DNA of 64,000 nt from the NCBI RefSeq assembly GCF_963921235.1, contig NC_086108.1:72726001-72790000 (forward strand), read 5' to 3'. Under the pieces are notes generated by a model that saw nothing but the letters and a program-made list of their open reading frames with translations, did not search any database and was not told where the DNA came from. The position numbers were made by a program, and so were the translations under genes. Of the stretch, positions 12,445-25,199 are shown one piece after another (position 1 is the stretch's first letter; the number at the start of each line of letters is the position of its first letter). This DNA is from Mobula hypostoma (lineage: Eukaryota).

Positions 12445-14055
12445 ATAAGTTCAAAGTTCAAAGCAAATTTATTATCATATATGTCACCATATACTGTACA
12501 CCCCTGAGATTCAACTTCTTGCGGGCATTCACAGTAAATACAGGAAACAATGAAGGACCGTACCCAAAAGAATAGACAAACAACCAATCTGCAAAAGACA
12601 ACAAACCCTGCAAATACAAAGACAAAGGGAAAAGAATTATTAATAATAATAACAAATACATCAGCAATAAATATTTAGAATATGAGATGAAGGGTCCATG
12701 AAACTGAGTCCATAGATTGTGGGGATATTTCAGAGATGGGTGGTGGTGTGGGTCCTGAAGGCTCCTGTACTGCCTTCATAATGACAGTAGTGAGATGAGA
12801 GCAGAGCATGGCTTGGATAGTGGGATCTCTGATGATGGATACTTCTTTCCCGTGACAATGCTCCATGTAGATGTGCTCAGTGGTGGAGGGGGGGCTTTAA
12901 ATTTGTAGGACTTTCCATTCAAGGGCATTGATATTTCCATACCAGACTGTGATGCAACCAGTCAGTATACTCTACACATCTATTGAAGTTTGTCAAAGTT
13001 TTAGATGACATGCCAAATATTCACAAACTTCCAAGAAAGTAAAGGCACTTTCTTCATAATTACACACACATTCTGGGCCCAGGGTAGGTCCTTCGAAATA
13101 ATAACACCAAGGAATTTTAAATTGCTGACCCTCTCCACCTCTGAAGCTTCAATGAAGACCGCCTCATGGACCTCTGGTTTTCTCCTACTGGAGTCAATAA
13201 TTGACTCCTGGGACTTGATAACATTGAATGTGAGGTTATTTACTGTGGCACCACCCAGCCAGATTTTTCAATGTCCCTCCCATTTATTGATTTGTTACCA
13301 CCTTTCATTTAGATAGTGGTGTCAGCAAACTCACAGTCATGTGAATAAAAAGAGTAGAGCAGGGTGCTAAGCACACAGCCTTGTTGTGGAGCTGTGCTGA
13401 TGGTGATTGTGGAGGAGATGATGTTGCCAATCCAAACTGACTGGAGTCTGCAAATGAGGAAATCAAGGATCCAGTTGCACAAGGGAGGTGTTCAGTCCTA
13501 GGTTGTGAAGCATATTCATTAGTTTTGAAGGGAAGCTGATATTGAATGCTGAGCTCTAGTCAGTGAAAAGCATCTTGATCTATACATCTTCTCTGTCCAG
13601 ATGTTCCTGTGTCGATTGAAGTGCCAATGAAACGGCATCTGCTGTTGACCTGTTGTGATAGTAGATAAATTGGAGTTGATCCATGTCACCTCTCAGGCAG
13701 GAGTTGATATGTTTCATCACCCACCCCTCAAAGCACCTCAGCACAGTGGATGCAAGTGTGACTGGATGATAGTCATCAAGGCAGGTTACCACGTTCTTCT
13801 TAGGGACTGGGGGGTATTGAAGCCTGCTTGAAGCAGCTGGGTACCTCAGGCTCCTGAAGCAAGAGGTTAAAGATATAGGTGAACTCTCCAGCCAGTTGAT
13901 CAGCGCAGGCCTGTAGTACTGAGCCAGATACCCTATCTGGGTCGGATGCTGTCTTGGGTTCACCATCTGAGGCCATCTTCTGTTGGCCTCAGAGACTGGA
14001 ATCGCAGGGTCATCAGGGGCTATGGGCGTTTGTGAAGATGTTTTGATGGTCAAAG
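12445..14055 (-). mobile_element. Decayed Rex1/Babar-like LINE (RT to 3' end)
   Basis: ORF 13580-14053: PVPKK..VTCLDDYHPVTLASTVLRCFE...DQLQFIYYHNRSTADAVS. Confidence 0.85.
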
Positions 14056-14819
14056 CATATAACCATATAATTCTCTGACTTGGGTTTCATGAAGACATCA
14101 AACTCCAATCCTCTTTCTCTGGGGCAGTTCTGCATGTTCCTGTCTGTAGGATCAGGGGCCTGAGTATGTATATGTGCTTAAGTCTGAAGGTGGCAAAGTG
14201 CAGCCATTTAGGAATCTGGGGCATTTTAAAGAAAGACTCTATGACAAGGATGTTACGTTGCAACTTTATAAAACAATGTCTTGGCCACACTTGTAGAAGT
14301 TCATAAATTGTTTTATCATTATCACTTAAGAAACTACAGTAATTTGCAAGGCAATGGAAAAAAAAACACTGAAGAGTGGACTGGCAGGATAGCTCTTCTT
14401 GTGGCCAGTACACGTGATGGACTCAATACCCTGCCTCTGGCTGTTCTAGGACTTTGTCTAGGAGTCCTTGATTCATCTCAACACCAGTGGCTATGTCTGT
14501 ATCTCTGTCCAACTGTCTGGATTTTTCTTCCCAGAAAGAAGGACTTGTATATAAATAGCATGCTTTCATTTGTCAGCCAGTGGAGCACTTGTATCGTCAC
14601 TGCTGTATGGTAGGAAATGTGGCAGGCAATGTGTGCAGAGGAATGAGATACCAACTAGTCATACAATCATGGAAATTTCCACATTGAGATTGGCCAAATT
14701 CTTGACAGCCAAAAATGAGGTTTCTCCCTTCTTATAAAATTCAGTAGCGTCTAATAACGTAAATAATTGGAGAAAAGCCAGTGTTCCACACTTTGGTTTG
14801 ATATTGATTGAGGGAAACT

Positions 14820-16260
14820 GTTAAAGAGTCATGGAGTTACACATTACAGAAACAGTCCCTTTTGCTCAGCTCATCCAAGCCAACCAGGCAACTATCCTGA
14901 ACTTGTCTTTTAAATATTTTAATTGTCCAGCTACTCCACTTCATCTGGCAGCCTGCCTCACCTACCCACAATCCTCTATGTAGAAAAGTCTCAAGTCTCC
15001 TTTAAAGCTTTCGTCTGTCATTTCAAACTTTGCTCACTAGTTTTAGATTCCCATACACTGGGGAGGGGAAAAACTGTGGCAATCCACCTTATATATACCC
15101 CTCTCATGATTTTGAAAACCTCTTTTAGGCCACACCTCAGCTTCCTTCACTCCAGGGAAAACAGTTCCTGTCTATCCAGTATCTCCTTATAACTCAAATC
15201 CTCTCGTCCCAGCAACAATTTTGAGGATCTAGACAGTCTGAAGAAGCTCCTGAAATCCTTTTGGTTGTCTCTCATCTCTTCCTTCATTGATTTCATTTTT
15301 GATCACCAGCCATCTGTATCTTTCTTTGGCTGAGTCTGAATCTAATTGCATATTGTCTGAATGCAGTTTGTTCATAACTATGAGTTAATATTGTGAGCAA
15401 CAGCCATATGTTTCAAAAGAAAGGTCTAGTCTTGTTTAAGAACTTAAGAGATAGGAGCAGGAATGGGTCATAGGGGAATTCATCGTTGCTGTAAAAAGAT
15501 CATGACATCATTTTCCAAGAATATCTCTATATTCATTGATGTACTTAATATCTATTAATCTCTGTTTTGAATGAACATACCAATTGGACTTCCAAACATT
15601 CATGATCTTCTGAGTGAAGAAATGTCTCATCATCTCAGTCTTACATGGCCTAACCCTTATTTGCAATCTGTGGCCCTCTTATCCTAGACTCTTTAGCCAA
15701 AGGAAACATTTTTCCTGCTCTTAGACTTTAAGGATTTTGTAAGTTTCAATTTGATCTCCCCTGTCCTCTAAACTTTAGAGAATATAGGTTCAGTCTTTTC
15801 AATCTCTCCTCATAGAACAATCCCATCCCTCAAACCAATCTGGTGAATCTTCAGTAGACTTCCACTGTGGTATGTGCATTCTTTCAGGTACGGAGATCAG
15901 ATCTGTACAAAGTACTCCGGGTGCAGTCTCAACACGCCCTACTGGATTGAAATAAGACTTCTTTACTCTTGTAAACAAACTTCGTCATGGTAAAGACTGG
16001 CATATCATTTATTCGCCTAACTGCTTTGCTGCACCTGCACGTTTCTCTTTGGTGACTTGTGTACAAGCACATCCAGGTTCATTTGTGTATCAACACTCCC
16101 CAGTCATTCATTATGTTACAAGTAGTCTGCTTTCCTGTTGTGCTCATCACGGTGGATCACCTCAAAATTTTCACAGTATATTCCATCAGCCATGTTCTCA
16201 TCCATCCATTTGGTCTATATCCCCTTGGTGCCTCTTTGTATCCTCCTCTGTACTCAGAGT
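14820..16260 (-). mobile_element. Two old CR1-like 3' fragments
   Basis: Degenerate reverse-complement similarity to the CR1 3' region. Confidence 0.55.
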
Positions 16261-16758
16261 CCCACCTAATTTATTTTGTCCATAGCTTGTTTCTGTGATC
16301 AGCTAAGTTTATATTTTAAAGCAGTGACTATTTATCGCATGACTATGTTGTACCTCTTCTGATATTTGCAAAAATGAAGAAAATACTTAAGTCTAACTAG
16401 TCTGTATATTTCGTAACCAAACTTCCCAAAAGTTTCCATTAATTAACCTGTACAACTTAAGTCTAGGTTTTGTAATGAAATGTTTGCAGATGACACTATC
16501 TCAAGGATCCATAGCATTTAACTTGGAGTTAAACTGGGCTAGTTTCTCTTCATTATAATGGTTCCCCTTGAAGAATCAGCATCCATTTTCAGAGCTTAGT
16601 ATATGTTGATAGCTTAATCTTCACTATTTGGATAAACAGAGAAAGACGGTCAAATTTATAAAGTACAGTAAGTATATTGTTTTTACTGGAAGTCTCTCTG
16701 CTCTCTTTAATTAACATGTTTTTTTTATATGACACAAACTGCAGACTAGTGAAATATA

Positions 16759-17587
16759 CAGTGGATTCCAATTAATTGAGACACATCAGAACCAGTACGT
16801 TTTTGTCCAGTTAAACGTTGCCTTAATTAACTGAATTCATGGAAATAGTTAAAAGGGTATAAAAAAAAGACAAACTACCATTTAACTGAGTAAAAAATTA
16901 TGTATTAAATCAAATACAGAACAAATCAGAACATTGCCAGTACTACTACAGTACTATAAAACTGTGTATTAGTTCCTACTAGTTATTGACGGAGGAATTA
17001 ATGCAGTGTACACAGCCATGTTCTTTTGATTGACTGTAAATGAACAAAATCAGTGCAGACACCTAGTACAGATAATGGACCACCTTGAAACAATGCTTTC
17101 AGTGTTTGCATCTTCTGAATCTTCATTTTCATTGTAGCATTCAAGATGACTGTCAATACCTTCAAATTCTTTGCAGTTCCTAACTTATTGAAGTAGTCAA
17201 ATCTTTTAATTTTCACTCTTGGCAGTTTCTGTCATCCCTAAGCCTGAATGCTTGAGCCCACAGTGAGCAAAACAATTCTGAATTGTCTTAATGCTTTTTT
17301 ATTCATCAACTATCAATGACAAAATCACTGCTTTTGAACAAAAACACACACAAGTGACTCTATTTAAAAACTGTTTGTTCTAAGCACAGTGTAGTGTCTA
17401 ACAGCCACACAATGTGCTAGTCAGAAACTGTTCTGTAAAAGTCTCCTGTCCCAATTTAGTGGCATTATGTCCCAAATAAACAAATAGAATCCCAACTATT
17501 TTCTCAATTTGGTTTTGTTCTTTAAAAGTTGCCCCAAATAAGCATCTGTTCCGATTAACTAATGACCCAATTATCCGCAATCCACTG
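16759..17587. mobile_element. pogo/Tigger-like non-autonomous DNA transposon
   Basis: TA|CAGTGGATTCCAATTAATTG...CAATTATCCGCAATCCACTG|TA TIRs with TA TSD; second copy at about 54806-56098. Confidence 0.8.
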
Positions 17588-18518
17588 TATATTCACTCTG
17601 ATTATTGAATCTTAAGAGAATAACGTGCTAGCATGCAGTATATTTCAGTGGCAGGAGCTGGTGTTTAATTTTTATGAATCACTATGTTGTTCACCTGGTT
17701 ATTTGGCAGATTTAAAGTCCATGTAACATCAGAGAGAGTCCATGTTAAATGCAAAGCAAATCAGGATTACAGATCTGGGAGCCTGAGAAGAATTAAATGA
17801 AGCCTAATATCAACTGTATGATATATTCTTAAATATATAGGAATTCAAAGTCTGTTGTCAAACCGAGAAGCTTTCAATATACCCCTGAACCTTGGTTATG
17901 TACTAAACAAACAAATCAAATTCAGTGCGATAAGTGACTAAATTTTGTTCTGTGCAGAATGAGGAATGGGAATTTTGTGACCAGGTTTTGTGCCTCAACA
18001 ATGACAGGGAAAATTCCCCTCTCATTCCCACTACTGGAATTATTCTACGTAGACATCAGTTGGGGTCACTTACCATATGGACTTTACCATATGTGATTTT
18101 TCTGTTTCTCACACATCTAGTTAATTCACATTGGTATGGAACACAATTTCAGGCTCACAAAAATCATCCAAATAAGAGGGGTGATTGATAAGTTCGTGGC
18201 CTAAGGTAGAAGGAGTCCATTTTAGAAAACCTAGCATATTTATTTATCAACATATTCCCCTCCTACATGTACACACTTACTCCAGCGGTTGTGGAGCATA
18301 CGGATCCCTTCTTTGTAGAAGTGGTCCACAGCAGGGGTGTTGATAAGTTCGTGGCCTAAGGTAGAAGGAGATGATTTATTAACTTCAAACTTTCTGCATT
18401 ATCACTCAAAGAGTTGAACTACACGTGCATGTAACGAGAGCGTCTTGGACCTCCAGGTGGTCCACAGCAGGGGTGATTGATAAGTTTTGTGGCCTAAGGT
18501 AGAAGGAGATGAATTATA

Positions 18519-19243
18519 ACGCAAACACAAGGAATTCTGCAGATGCTGGAAATTCAAGCAACACACATCAAAGTTGCTGGTGAATGCGGCAGGCCAGGCA
18601 GCATCTCTAGGAAGAGGTACAGTCGACGTTTCGGGCCGAGACCCTTCGTCAGGACTAACTGAAGGAAGAGCTAGTAAGAGATTTGAAAATGGGAGGGAGA
18701 GGGGGAGATCCAAAATGATAGGAGAAGATAGGAGGCGTAGGGATGGAGCCAAGAGCTGGACAGGTGATTGGCAAAAGGGATATGAGAGGGTCATGGGACA
18801 GGAGGCATAGGGAGAAGGAAAAGGGAGGGGGGGAACCCAGAGGATGGGCAAGGGGTATAGTCAGAGGGACAGAGGGAGAAAAAGGAGAGAGAGAGAAAGA
18901 ATGTATGTATATAAATAAATAATGGATGGGGTACAAGGGGGAGGTGGGGCATTAGCGGAAGTTAGAGAAGTCAATGTTCATGCCGTCAGGTTGGAGGCTA
19001 CCCAGACGGAATATAAGGTGTTGTTCCTCCAACCTGAGTGTGGCTTCATCTTTACAGTAGAGGAGGCCATGGATAGACATGTCGGAATGGGAGTGGAATG
19101 TGGAATTAAAATGTGTGGCCACTGGGAGATCCTGCTTTCTCTGGCGGACAGAGCGTAGGTGTTCAGCAAAATGATCTCCCAGTCTGCGTCGGGTCTCGCC
19201 AATATATAGAAGGCCACATCGGGAGCACCGGACGCAGTATATC
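18519..19243 (-). mobile_element. Young 5'-truncated Penelope-like element (GIY-YIG end and pLTR)
   Basis: YIGETRRRLGD...LEEQHLIFRLGSLQPDGMNIDFSNFR on the minus strand; TSD AGATGA(A/G)TTATA at 18507-18518 and 19244-19255. Confidence 0.92.
18620..18657 (-). ncRNA. Minimal hammerhead ribozyme motif, intact core
   Basis: Minus strand reads TAGTC-CTGACGA-AGGG-TCTCGG-CCC-GAAAC-GTC/GACTG. Confidence 0.8.
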
Positions 19244-19509
19244 AGATGAGTTATACAGCTCTCATTACATGCACATGCAGTTCAACTCTGAGTGACAGTA
19301 CAGAAAGTTTGAAGTTAATAACTCATCTCATTCTACATTAGGCCACAAACTTATCAATCACCCCTCGTATTTATGATCAGCTTCTGTAACTTTGAATTTC
19401 TTAGAATCTAATGGGTGACTGGAGGAGTGCAAATGGATGTGTGTGGCTTAGCGTTATTGATCACACTAATAAGAGGGCCTCACATTCCTTATGTTCTGCA
19501 ATATGTTCT

Positions 19510-20062
19510 AGTGAATTTGGCCCAGTACATCATGGATGAAGCCCTCCTAACTTTTGAGCACATCTACATGAAACTCTGTCGTAGAAAAGCAGCATCCATC
19601 ATCAAGGATCCCCACCACCCAGGTCATGCTCTCTTCTTGCTGCTGTCATCAGCTAGAAGGTTCAAGATCCTCAGGACTCACACCACCAGGTTCAATAACA
19701 GTAATACTCCTCAACCTGAATAAAAGGGATAACTACACACAACATCCTTTGGACCATCATTGAAATATTCCCACAACCAATGATCACACTTTCAAGGACT
19801 CTTTATCTCCTTATCTCATGTTCTTGTTATTTATTGCTATTTATTTCTTTTTCATTTACACAGTTTGCTGTCTTCTGTGCTCTGGTTGGCCTTTCATTGA
19901 TCTTGTTTAGTTAATTTTTGTCTTTTGATTTGCTGAGTATTCCCACAAGGTGATGAATCTCAGGGTAGTATATGGTGATACTTATACATATGTATATATT
20001 GTTATACACACACACACACACACACACTTGGATAATAAAATTTACTTTGAACTTTTGAACTT
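19510..20062 (+). mobile_element. Rex/Babar-like 3' end containing a (CA)n microsatellite
   Basis: CRRKAASIIKDPHHPGHALFLLLSSARR...TTRFNNS; tail tttgaacttttgaacttt; (CA)n at about 20007-20027. Confidence 0.8.
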
Positions 20063-20071
20063 TCATATTGT

Positions 20072-21102
20072 TTGTGTAGCTGGATCTGGATCCTGGACTT
20101 CCTGTCAGATCACTGGCAGGTTGTAAGAATGGACTCCCTCACCTCTGCCCCTCTGACTCTCAACGCAGGTGCCCCTCAGGGCTGTGTACTAAGCCCCTTC
20201 CTTTACTCTCTGTATACCCATGACTGTGTTACAACCCACAGCTCCAATCTGCTAATTAAATTTGCTGACGACACTACACTGGCCAAATCTCAAGTAATAA
20301 TGAGGCAGTTTACAGAGAGGAGGTCATCACCCTGACACAGTGGTGTCAAGAAAACAACCTCTCCCTCAATGTTGCAAAAACAAAGGAGCTGGTTGTGGAC
20401 TACAGGAGGAATGGAGACAAGCTAACTCCTATAGACAACAATGGATCTGGGGTTGAGAGAGTGAACAGCTTTAAGTACATCGGCATAAACAGAATCAAGT
20501 ATCTCTCGTGGTCTGAACGTACCAGCTGTGTGGTAAAAAAGGCACAACAGCACCTCTTCCACCTCAGACAGTTGAAGAAGTTTGGTATGGCGCCCCCCCC
20601 CACCAATTTCTAAGAACTTTCTATAGGGGTATGACTGAGAGCATCCTGACTGGCTCCATCACTGCCTGATATGGGAACTGTATTTCCCTCAATCGCAGGA
20701 CTCTGAAGAGAGTGGGGTGCGAACAGCCCAGCACATCTGTAGATGTGAACTTTCCACTATTCAGGACATTTACAAAGACAGATACGTAAAAATGGCCTGA
20801 AGGATCATTGGAGACCCGAGTCACCCCAACCACAAACTGTTCCAGCTGCTACCGTCCGGGGAAACGGTACTGCAGCATAAAAACCAGGACCAACAGGCTT
20901 TGGGACAGCTTCTTCCATCAAGCCTTCAGACTGCTTAATTCATGCTGATGCAACTGTATTTCTATATTATATTGACTATCTTGTTGTACATAATATTTAT
21001 TATAAATTACTATCATTGCCCATTTGAGCAGAGATGCAACGTAAAGATTTTTAATCCTCATGTATATAAAGGACATAAGTAGTAAAGTCAATTCAATTCA
21101 AT
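20072..21102 (+). mobile_element. Rex/Babar-like LINE 3' kb
   Basis: WILDFLSD...GAPQGCVLSPFLYSLYTHDC...IKFADDTT; (ATTCA)n tail. Confidence 0.9.
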
Positions 21103-21949
21103 TGTTCATGCTCAATATTTTAATAAAATCATACATCGTGATTATTTAGTAGCACTTTTGCTGCAGTCATTCAAAACTCCAATTTCACAAACGGGACGAC
21201 ATCGTCCTCAGTCTGTGCAGGAGGGAGCTAAAGTGTTCACAAACATCAATAAACCTGGAAGTCAATCACTCATTCCATGAGAAAAATGATTGGACGAAGG
21301 TAAAAATAAGGGCAAAATGCAATTTCAAATTAACTGATCCAAAGTTAGCAGTTTGGGGAAATAATTAAAAATGACAAATAAAGTCTCCAAAGGTTGTTCT
21401 TGCACATCGGTATCATAGTTGCTGGAGTGAAGGGAATTAGAATAAAAATTACATAATTGTACTTAATCTCTAAAGATGACTAATTGAAAGGGAGTTATTG
21501 GCATTAATGGGCTGTACAGCTTCTCATTCCGAACTTGCACATCTTATGGCAGATATCTGAAGTACCAATGTGAGGAATTACCTCATTTCACATGGTCTCA
21601 GTGGTGAGCAACTGTTGTGCTCTGAGTCCATTGCCAGCATCAGTAGGTAGTTTAAGAATTCTGTATCACACTTCATTTGATTTTAGATATTTTCCTGCCT
21701 TAGGGCTCATGGCAGGTGGTTTTTTGCAAGCACTGGTGATGTATCAGAAATTACTCAAAGTCAAATGTCAAAGTCGACTTTATTGTCACTTGCTCGAGTA
21801 TTTTATGCATAGGTGCAATGAGAAAGTAATGCAGCAGCATCAAAGGCACAGAACAGCAGATAAGCAGCATTCAGAAGAAAAGTATAAGTTATACATAAAT
21901 TATATATAGTGTTTACAAGAAACAGTACAATTCGACAATAAAGAACATA

Positions 21950-22948
21950 TTACCATCCCACTAGCCTCCACATCCAGCTCATAATTCTCAGTAACTTCTA
22001 CCATCTCCAAAAGGATCCCATCCCCAAGCACATCTTTCCCTCCGTCCCACTGTCCACTTTCTGCAGGGATCGCTCCCTAGATGACTCGCTTGTCCATTCA
22101 TCCCTCCCCATTCATCTCCCGCCTGGGACTTATCCTTGCAGGTGGAACAGGTGCCACATCTCCTCCCTCACTACCATTTAGGGCCCCAAGCAGTCCTTCA
22201 AGGTGAGGCAACACTTCACCTGTGAAACTGTTGGTGTCATTTGCTGTATCCAGTGCCTGGGTGTGACCTCCTGTATATCAGTGAGACCTGACGTAGATTG
22301 GGAGACTGCTTTGCTGTGCACTATGCTCCATCCACCAGCAAAAGCGGGATCTCCCAGTGGCCACCCATTTTAATTCCACTTCCCATTCCCATTACGACAT
22401 GCCAATCCATGGTCTCCTCTACTGTCGCAATAAGTCACACTCAGGCTGGAGGAGCAACACCTTATATTCTGTCATGGTAGCCTCCAACCTGATGGCATGA
22501 ACATCGATTTCTCAAACTTCTGGCAATTTCTCCCTCCCGCACCCTTCATTATTCCCCAATCCCGGTACTCTCTCTCTCCTTGTCTCCTTAGCTGCCCATC
22601 AGCTCCCACTGGTGCTCCTCCTCATTCCCATGGTCTTCTACCCTTTCCAGTCATATTCCACCTTCTCCAGCCCTTTATCTCTTTCACCAATCAACCTCCC
22701 AGTGCTTTACTTCACCCCTCCCCTCTTCCAATTTCACCTATCACCTAACATCTTGTAGTTCTTCTTCCCTCTCCCCGTCCTCTTACTCTGACTTCTCACC
22801 TCTTTTTCCAGTCCTGATGAAGGCTCTCAGCCTGAAACATAGATTGTTTACTCTTTTCCATAGATGCTACCTGGCCTGCTGAGTTCCTCCAGCATTTTGT
22901 GTGTGTTGCTTGGATTTCCAGCATCTGCAGATTTTCTCATGTTTGTGA
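21950..22948 (+). mobile_element. Penelope-like 3' fragment with hammerhead-like motif at 22809-22846
   Basis: Homologous to the GIY-YIG and pLTR regions of 31864-33329. Confidence 0.85.
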
Positions 22949-23135
22949 TACAAAGGAATGTCCATTTGTACTGCACAGTGGTCAAAGTGGTCTTTGGGAA
23001 AACGATGAGTAGCTACACCTTACCAATTTATGGGGAATTGAAGCACATGTATAGTACAGAGTACACAAATCATGAAGTTTTACCTGAAGTAACACATGAC
23101 ATATGTCTCAACGTCATACAATCTATTTTATTCAG

Positions 23136-23337
23136 AAACCCAGAACGCTGATGAGTGTGTCCAACAAATCAGAAGAATTGTGGAATCTCCCAGCATGCCT
23201 CTGCCACACTGCCTTATTCTGCAGCACCTAGTGAAGCACTTTTGTAAGGTGTGTCAGTATGAAGGTGCAAACCGTCCCACACCAAGGCTTCTGGGCGAAA
23301 TCTTCAGTGATGTCTTGTTTAGGCATTCACTATCAAG
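23136..23337 (+). CDS. pik3r3: Internal coding exon (202 bp, phase 1 to 2) of a class IA PI3K regulatory subunit (p85 family), C-terminal RhoGAP/BH domain
   Basis: Acceptor ...ttttattcag| and donor AG|gtaaat. Translation (E)TQNADECVQQIRRIVESPSMPLPHCLILQHLVKHFCKVCQYEGANRPTPRLLGEIFSDVLFRHSLS aligns by eye with p85alpha [41 protein letters not shown]...RVLSEIFSPMLFRFS, with the same exon size and phase as I recall for PIK3R1. The family call is firm. The paralog call (pik3r3 long form) is inferred from divergence from both p85alpha and p85beta. Confidence 0.85.
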
Positions 23338-23615
23338 GTAAATGACATAAGAAATTAATCCTTTTTCTTGTATTTTTTAATATGCCGAACTCTGTATAAA
23401 AGCCATTTACTAGTCAATACACTGAATATTTAAAACAAATTAGCTTTAGGAAAATATCAGTTTAACCTAAAAATGATGCATGCGCTTATGATTGACTATA
23501 TCCTTATGATCCAAAGCATGCCACTCATATGCAGACAACAGAGCAAGGTGTTGGCTATATGGAGTTTATGGTGATACCGCATTTTAATTTGATATGATTG
23601 TGAGATTCTGCCACA

Positions 23616-23667
23616 TCAAATGTGGCATTTTTTCTAGATATTCAAATGTGGCATTTTTTCTAGATAT
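23616..23667. repeat. 26-bp tandem duplication
   Basis: TCAAATGTGGCATTTTTTCTAGATAT twice in tandem. Confidence 0.9.
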
Positions 23668-25113
23668 CCTGAAATATATTTATAACTCCATAGTGGTTTC
23701 TTAGCACTAAGGTCCTGCAATAAATTCTCACCATAATAATACCTTTTGGAAGATTGTGAAAATAGTAAGAAAGAAGATTCAAGGAAGGAGTTTCATGGAG
23801 ATAGTGCGTAGCTAGTGGTGCTGGCAATAACTGTGCTGATATATTTGTGGTTGCAGTCTATTCTTACACTAGACAGAAACATAATCTCATGTTTATTTTG
23901 TGTCACATGAATTCATAATGAGATACTTTATTCCATTTTGAAATGGTTTATGAGATTGGTTCCTCATAGTGCTGTATTTTTAGTTAATTATTTTAATTGG
24001 TAGAAGGAAAGCAAATAGACATGCCTTTTTTAATTGACTGTTTGGGATAGATCAGGGTTTACTTTGCGGGATGAGTAGATCAAGTGCAGTACTGTAGGTT
24101 AGAATGGTCCCCATTATAGTTCTGTGTGTTGTGTCTTATTGAAATGTAATGATAATAAGATGATGATGCAATCAATAATAATGAGACCAACCTAACAGAC
24201 CACCTTTCTGTCAACAGTTACCTGTATTTTAGGTGACTTCTACCATTGATAAAAGACAGTCATATGATGACATAAACTGCAGTGATTTTAATTGAATAGA
24301 AAATTTCCTTCCTGACAGGGTATGAGATATTTCACTGAATCTTAATACCAACAAAATTATCTACAGTGGTTATGTAAAATGCTGAATGGCTGTTATGTTC
24401 CAGGTTATTGGAAATTTATAGTACCTTTAATCAAGTTTCTATAATTGGATCTTTATTTAATTAACTGAGAAATATGGGTGCTGGGCCAATATCCAGAGTG
24501 TAGATTATCATGAAGTTTGAACCATGTTGTTGAGAATATGAAGTAAATCAATGCTGAGGTTAACTGTTCAAAGCATGTAGTGGGTAGCAGTAATGGAAGG
24601 TGAGGACGGGTGGAAGAGGGAGATGGCGAGTCATTTATCAAACTTTTATTTGGTATATTTCCAGTTCCAATCTCACTTGTTTGACTGACAAGTTAAAATT
24701 GGTGCACCAATATTAAATAAATATTCTTCGTTCCAGCAGTAAACCACCTCCAAACTTTTCAATGCAACTCTTTGTTGACCTGGCACATATCAGAGGACAA
24801 CAAATCAAATGTACTTGTTGCATAGTCCAAGGCTGGCGCGTGATTATAAGCTTTTGTCAGCAAATCTGAAAAGGCAGAAGAAGCTGTAGGAATAATGGGT
24901 TTATTTGAATTTCTGTCAGTGACTTGCAGCATTACCATGTCTCGCTCTTGATTGCTATTTATTAAACACTTCTCTGTTCAGTAAATTGAAGTCAGTGGCA
25001 AGAATTTGTAGAATGCCTATGTCATGCCAATGTTGTAAATTGTGTTTGGAACTGACATTCTGCCAGGCTGAATGTATACAGAAATGTTAAATGCTTGTTA
25101 TATTTGCTTCCAG

Positions 25114-25199
25114 TGCTGATGTGAATCCAGAGCTCCACGTTAAGATCATTGAGGCACTTATCATGACTGGAGGCTTGGCTGAAATGCAAGTAGCACCAG
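25114..25199 (+). CDS. pik3r3: Next coding exon (86 bp, phase 2 to 1) of the same p85-family gene, ending just before the second proline-rich motif
   Basis: Acceptor tttgcttccag| and donor CCAG|gtagga. In frame with the previous exon: (S)ADVNPELHVKIIEALIMTGGLAEMQVAP, compared with p85alpha [26 protein letters not shown]. Paralog assignment is inferred. Confidence 0.85.

Larger units (their letters stand above)
18175..19367. mobile_element. mariner-like MITE with internally repeated TIRs, interrupted by a Penelope insertion
   Basis: TA|AGAGGGGTGATTGATAAGTTCGTGGCCTAA...TTAGGCCACAAACTTATCAATCACCCCTCG|TA; extra TIR copies at 18333 and 18469. Confidence 0.8.

Noticed and set aside
17957-18100. 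Candidate upstream p85 exon after tgtgcag
   Set aside because: The required phase-1 frame hits TGA immediately, and there is no convincing similarity.
18175-18518. CRISPR-like repeat-spacer array
   Set aside because: The context is eukaryotic, the spacers are long and partly related, and the repeats are mariner TIR copies.
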